Below, one piece after another: positions 16,097-19,870 of a stretch of 19,870 bases of DNA. This stretch comes from a virus. Position numbers and translations under genes: made by a program. The number at the start of each line of letters is the position of its first letter. The stretch's first letter is position 1. The notes under the pieces are model-generated. The model was not told the origin of the DNA. It saw only the letters and a program-made list of their open reading frames with translations, and searched no databases. The stretch lies in the UHGV virus genome UHGV-0196841, one strand, 5' to 3'.

Positions 16097-17323
16097 TTAC
16101 GCAGTGGCTTTCTGGCGGGTTGCAGCCCCAATTTTCATCAGCTTAATCGCCTGAGAATCCACCAGCATACCGCCGGTTCGCTTGGTGGTATAAAAACCCA
16201 CAAACGGTTTGTTGGTGTACGGATCGCGCAGGATACGGGTACCGATGCGATCAACGATGGTATAGCCACGTTTGAAGTTACCAAACGCAATGGCTTTTGC
16301 ATCGGCAGCAATATCCGGCATCTGCTCATTCTCAACGATGCCATACCCTGCCAGAGAAGAAGGCTGACCCAGCTCAATACCCGGACGCCACAGATAATTT
16401 CCGTCGTTATCCTTCAGCAGACGAATGGCAAACAGGCTGCTGTTGTTCATCATGAACTTCGCGCCGCTGCGGTGCGCCTTACGCAGGGTGTAAATCAGTT
16501 TAATGATCGCATCAGCGGTCACGCCGGAAGCCGCACCGGAAGCGATATGCTGAAGTTTGCCAAACTTACGGGTTTTGTCATCTTCATCGGTGGACTCATA
16601 AGCCAGAAAACCTTTTGGTTTTTTGCTGCCGTCGCCACTGGTAAAGGCCATTTCTTCCTGTTCGGCAAATTCCAGCGCCAGCTCACTGTTGATCCAGTCT
16701 TCCACATTGAAGAAAGCGTCATCGAGCATTTTCTGGGTGGCCTGCGGGTTGCCGTAGATTTCCCCCATAAAGGGTTCAATCAGCCCCAGTTTTGAGGTGG
16801 CGGTTTCCGGACGCGTATCCGTTTCCCCCACCCATCCGGACTTAGTGCCGCCCAGATTCACCAGTTTTTTATAATCCGAGCCACCGAGGGTGATCACGGT
16901 GGCTTCCTGGCGCATCACCACCTCATCTTTCAACAGCGTCAGGATGGTACGATCCAGTTCTTCCGGAATGGCATAACCACCATCTTCATCATTGCCCACC
17001 TGAAGCGCCTTACGTTCAAGTTCACGCAGACCGTCTTCACGCCCCTTGCGCATAAATCCGATAAACGCTTCTTTGTGTTCACCGGCAACTTTATTTTTCG
17101 TGCCGCCTGCCGGACGCTTAACTTCAGCCAGCTCAGCCTCAAGATCGCTTTTCAGGTTTTCCAGCTCGCTGATTTGCCCGTTCAGGCTTTCCACCTGTTC
17201 GGCCAGCTTGCTTTTTTCCTGTTCGATCGCGTCAATGCGCTTGTCGTTTTTTGCCTTAAAATCGTCAAACTTCTGCTGCAAATCCTGCGCGACCTGTTCA
17301 ACGTCTTTAATATCAACAGCCAT
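16097..17323 (-). CDS. Major capsid protein, HK97 fold, with N-terminal coiled-coil delta (scaffold) domain
   Basis: 408 aa. ATG at 17323 preceded by AGGAG. The N-terminal 70 aa are a highly charged heptad-like region (DLQQKFDDFKAKNDKRIDAIEQEKSKLAEQVESLNGQISELENLKSDLEAELAEVK) followed by a capsid-like body. A prohead protease gene lies immediately upstream. Confidence 0.9.
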   Translation of the reverse strand: MAVDIKDVEQVAQDLQQKFDDFKAKNDKRIDAIEQEKSKLAEQVESLNGQISELENLKSDLEAELAEVKRPAGGTKNKVAGEHKEAFIGFMRKGREDGLRELERKALQVGNDEDGGYAIPEELDRTILTLLKDEVVMRQEATVITLGGSDYKKLVNLGGTKSGWVGETDTRPETATSKLGLIEPFMGEIYGNPQATQKMLDDAFFNVEDWINSELALEFAEQEEMAFTSGDGSKKPKGFLAYESTDEDDKTRKFGKLQHIASGAASGVTADAIIKLIYTLRKAHRSGAKFMMNNSSLFAIRLLKDNDGNYLWRPGIELGQPSSLAGYGIVENEQMPDIAADAKAIAFGNFKRGYTIVDRIGTRILRDPYTNKPFVGFYTTKRTGGMLVDSQAIKLMKIGAATRQKATA

Positions 17324-17336
17324 TATTTACTCCTGG

Positions 17337-17987
17337 TTAAAATTTAAGATTTTTCAGTGCATTCAGTGCGACATCCACATCCTCAGCATCACGCAGGGAT
17401 AAAGCGCCATATCCCCCGGCCATGAATGCTTTGGCCTGGGTTCGCGAGAGTCCAACATCGCGCAGGACTCGCTCAATAATTTTCTGATCAGGGATCTCCC
17501 CACGCGCCAGCGCATTTTTCACATCGCTGATGCGTGCTTCATCATTGGAAGGAAACGTCACCAGACTGACCTCCCACAGGTCGATCTCTTTCAGCAGGAA
17601 TACCCCTTTTTCCCGGTCGTACTCCCAGTCTTTCAGGATGTAGCCAACAGAAAGGCCGGTTAAAGAACCGGCCTTCATATGGGCGTGTGCACGTTTTGCC
17701 AGGGGATCATCATCAACGAGTAATCGCCCCCTGACATAAAGCCCGACATCATCTTCTTTCATTTCGGTGTACACACCGATGGGCTCATCCATGCGGTGCT
17801 GCCAGAGCAACGCAGGCAGCGCCTTTTTTTCGCTCCATTTCTCGAGTGTTGTGGTAAAGGCACCGGGGACCACCACATCATCGTGGCTGTCCTTTACACC
17901 AAAGACGGAGCCATACCCTTCAAACTCACCGGAGTCACTGACAGATTTCAGACTCAGCGGTACATCAAGACGTTGTTTCGTCTGCAT
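17337..17987 (-). CDS. Prohead maturation protease (HK97 gp4-like)
   Basis: 216 aa from ATG at 17987 (MQTKQRLDVPL...), with AAGGA upstream. The ORF-track start at 18023 overlaps the portal gene and has no RBS. Motif EFEGYGSVFGVKDSHDDVVVPGAF is characteristic of this protease family as recalled. Confidence 0.85.
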   Translation of the reverse strand: MQTKQRLDVPLSLKSVSDSGEFEGYGSVFGVKDSHDDVVVPGAFTTTLEKWSEKKALPALLWQHRMDEPIGVYTEMKEDDVGLYVRGRLLVDDDPLAKRAHAHMKAGSLTGLSVGYILKDWEYDREKGVFLLKEIDLWEVSLVTFPSNDEARISDVKNALARGEIPDQKIIERVLRDVGLSRTQAKAFMAGGYGALSLRDAEDVDVALNALKNLKF

Positions 17988-19206
17988 TGGCGTTATCCTT
18001 CTGCTTACCGGCTTTACTGCCATCGGAGGGTTTCGTGGTCATGTTCATCGGTGTGAGATAGACATCCCCACCGGGACGCGGATTCATATCTTCCAGGTCG
18101 CGGCAGTCATTGGGAGAGTAAATTCCCCAGTTAATCCCGGTGGCGTAGGCTTCAAAACGGGATTTCATATCCCCGCGCAGTAACGCCCCGGCGTTAAATT
18201 TGGCGTAAAACTTCCCCTGTTTGCTCTCCCTGACCAGCCCTGTATTGATCCGTTGTTCAATACGGGTCAGATACGGCACAAGGGAATAGTTGATAAATCC
18301 GAGCCCCAGCTCTTCAATATTGTTGAAAGTGGCGCGATCGGTGTTCTGCACCATGTGCAGCGGCACGCGGAAAAGACGACAGATTTCTTCCAGCTGAAAC
18401 TTGCGGGTTTCCAGGAACTGGCTGTCCTCGGCGTTCAGTGCCACCGGCTTCCAGTCCAGCCCCATTTCCAGAATCATCGGACGGTGCGCATTACCCAGCC
18501 CAAGATGCCGCTCCTCAAAATCCCTCTTCATGCGCTCATAAGCATCCGGCGTGAGCTTTTGTTCCGTACGCAACACACCGGATGTCACAGCACCGTTACC
18601 AAACAGCCTGGCGCCGTGCTCCTCGGTTGCCGCTGCCAGTGAAATGGCCTCGCGCGCATATGCAATGGGATTCAGACCGACAAGTCCATCCAGCGTCAGG
18701 GTGCGCACATGCCAGATTTCATCCTGGGTCAACACATCCACGGAGCCATCCGGAAACGTCACCTGATAAACCGGCTGCCACTGGCTGTTCAGCTTCGGTT
18801 CCACACAGCCCGGATCTATCGGAAGAAGCTCCACCACTTCCCCCAGCGCCTTCACCTTGTAGGCGTAAAAATTCCCCCGCAGACACAGGCAGACAATAAC
18901 CAGCTCCCAGAATTCCTGCGGCGTCATGTAGCCATTGGGTTTTGCTGAAATCAGCTTATGCAGCCGTTCATCCACCGCCCGTGTTTTAAGGGTGCCGCTG
19001 ATTTTGTAGAGACTGCAGGGCAGCATACCAACAGACTCAGCCAGCACCCTGACGCAGGAATACACCGCCGTCAGCCGCATGGCCCGCTGGCTGCTGATCC
19101 GCTTTCCGGTATAGGTGTCGTATGACAACCCCAGCTCTTCCGCAAGCATCCCGGGCGTTGTGACGGGGGTGTTATTTTTGCGTTGAAAAAGCCCCTGGAA
19201 AAACAT
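17965..19206 (-). CDS. Portal protein (HK97 family)
   Basis: 413 aa. ATG at 19206 preceded by GGAGGTG. Size and position between terminase and protease. Confidence 0.9.
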   Translation of the reverse strand: MFFQGLFQRKNNTPVTTPGMLAEELGLSYDTYTGKRISSQRAMRLTAVYSCVRVLAESVGMLPCSLYKISGTLKTRAVDERLHKLISAKPNGYMTPQEFWELVIVCLCLRGNFYAYKVKALGEVVELLPIDPGCVEPKLNSQWQPVYQVTFPDGSVDVLTQDEIWHVRTLTLDGLVGLNPIAYAREAISLAAATEEHGARLFGNGAVTSGVLRTEQKLTPDAYERMKRDFEERHLGLGNAHRPMILEMGLDWKPVALNAEDSQFLETRKFQLEEICRLFRVPLHMVQNTDRATFNNIEELGLGFINYSLVPYLTRIEQRINTGLVRESKQGKFYAKFNAGALLRGDMKSRFEAYATGINWGIYSPNDCRDLEDMNPRPGGDVYLTPMNMTTKPSDGSKAGKQKDNANADETTS

Positions 19207-19388
19207 TACTCACCTCCGGAGGCGACCCGGTGACCGCGATCGAGATAACGCGCAACCAGCCACGACCAGCACAGACACAGCGCCCCGGCAACAACAAAAC
19301 CCGCCGGGGGATAAATCAGCCAGGCGCCATACGCCAGCAAAAGCACACCCAGCACGCCCACCAGAGGCGTGAGAATTATCAGAAACAT
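19206..19388 (-). CDS. Small hypothetical membrane protein (60 aa, two predicted TM helices)
   Basis: ATG at 19388 with GAGGT 4-5 nt upstream. Its stop overlaps the portal ATG (TAATG), which suggests translational coupling. Hydrophobic segments [23 protein letters not shown] and [16 protein letters not shown]. Confidence 0.5.
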   Translation of the reverse strand: MFLIILTPLVGVLGVLLLAYGAWLIYPPAGFVVAGALCLCWSWLVARYLDRGHRVASGGE

Positions 19389-19399
19389 AATGACCTCGG

Positions 19400-19870
19400 T
19401 TAAAGCGAGCGAATACCAACGCTGACCAGATGCTCAGACAGATCCGGCTCCGGTTCACCGCCATTGACCAGCATCCGGCTCATTGCTGTAAACATCGCAA
19501 CAGGGCCGTCGATTTTGGCTTCCGGCGTGGATTTATTCGGGAAGATATTGTCGTTTTTGTCCGGTTTTACCGTAACGTTAGACATCATCCAGTTCATGAC
19601 CGGATGATTGCTGTGATGGAAACGCCCGGCGTAGACCAGTGATTCCGTTTCCTTCATGGCCTCTGACAGATTGCGGACCGTCTGCGGAACTTCCACCAGC
19701 GGTATGCCTTCTTCAGCCAGCGCCAGACTGAACTGCATTGCGCTCCACGGGTCAAATCCCAGTTCCCTGAGGTTTTCACCGCCAATCCATTCCAGTAAGT
19801 CACTTTTTATCTGAGCATGATCGATAACATCACCATCCGTCAGGATGAGCTTATCCATCTCCGCCCACTT
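19400..19870 (-). CDS. Terminase large subunit, C-terminal part (5' end beyond window end)
   Basis: Reading frame is open from the window edge ([14 protein letters not shown]...) to a stop at 19400. Motifs such as [16 protein letters not shown] and NWMMSNVTV fit the C-terminal nuclease region of large terminases. Position upstream of portal. Confidence 0.85.
   Translation of the reverse strand, partial: KWAEMDKLILTDGDVIDHAQIKSDLLEWIGGENLRELGFDPWSAMQFSLALAEEGIPLVEVPQTVRNLSEAMKETESLVYAGRFHHSNHPVMNWMMSNVTVKPDKNDNIFPNKSTPEAKIDGPVAMFTAMSRMLVNGGEPEPDLSEHLVSVGIRSL

Larger units (their letters stand above)
1390..19870 (-). mobile_element. Prophage, late/virion region only (HK97-type head module plus Mu-type contractile tail module); continues beyond window end; the junction with host DNA lies within or just 3' of serT
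   Basis: Unbroken array of 24 co-oriented virion-type ORFs with stop/start overlaps, abutting a tRNA gene. Host genes hyaA and serT are on the other side. Confidence 0.85.

Noticed and set aside
1-19870. CRISPR array, IS element, integrase, toxin-antitoxin or other defence system
   Set aside because: No regular repeat-spacer array, no transposase-like or recombinase-like ORF, and no ORF pair with TA-like architecture. The window is almost fully occupied by virion genes.

Overview
This window spans a host/prophage junction in an Escherichia/Shigella-type chromosome. At the left are the 5' part of hyaA (hydrogenase-1 small subunit, minus strand, running off the window start) and the divergently transcribed tRNA-Ser(UGA) gene serT, with a recognisable sigma70 promoter and a downstream hairpin. 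From about 325 bp past the tRNA to the window end, every gene is on the minus strand and forms a tightly packed phage virion (late) operon. Reading in transcription order (right to left): terminase large subunit (C-terminal part), a small 2-TM ORF, portal, prohead protease, HK97-fold major capsid protein, connector, head-closure and neck proteins, then a Mu-like contractile-tail module (gp37/gp38-like, sheath, tube, chaperone with a -1 frameshift site, tape measure, gp43 to gp48-like baseplate proteins), ending in a more AT-rich tail-fibre module (an unrecognised 349-aa protein, a P2 gpH-like distal fibre, and a Tfa chaperone). This HK97-type head plus Mu-type tail combination is the architecture I recall for Shigella phage SfV. 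No integrase, invertase, CRISPR array, IS element or recognisable defence system is present. The most interesting items are the unrecognised protein in the fibre locus, a palindromic repeat array next to the tRNA, and the small membrane ORF between terminase and portal; I do not see a large undescribed multi-gene system here. All family assignments come from reading the translations and from memory of protein families; no database search was run.
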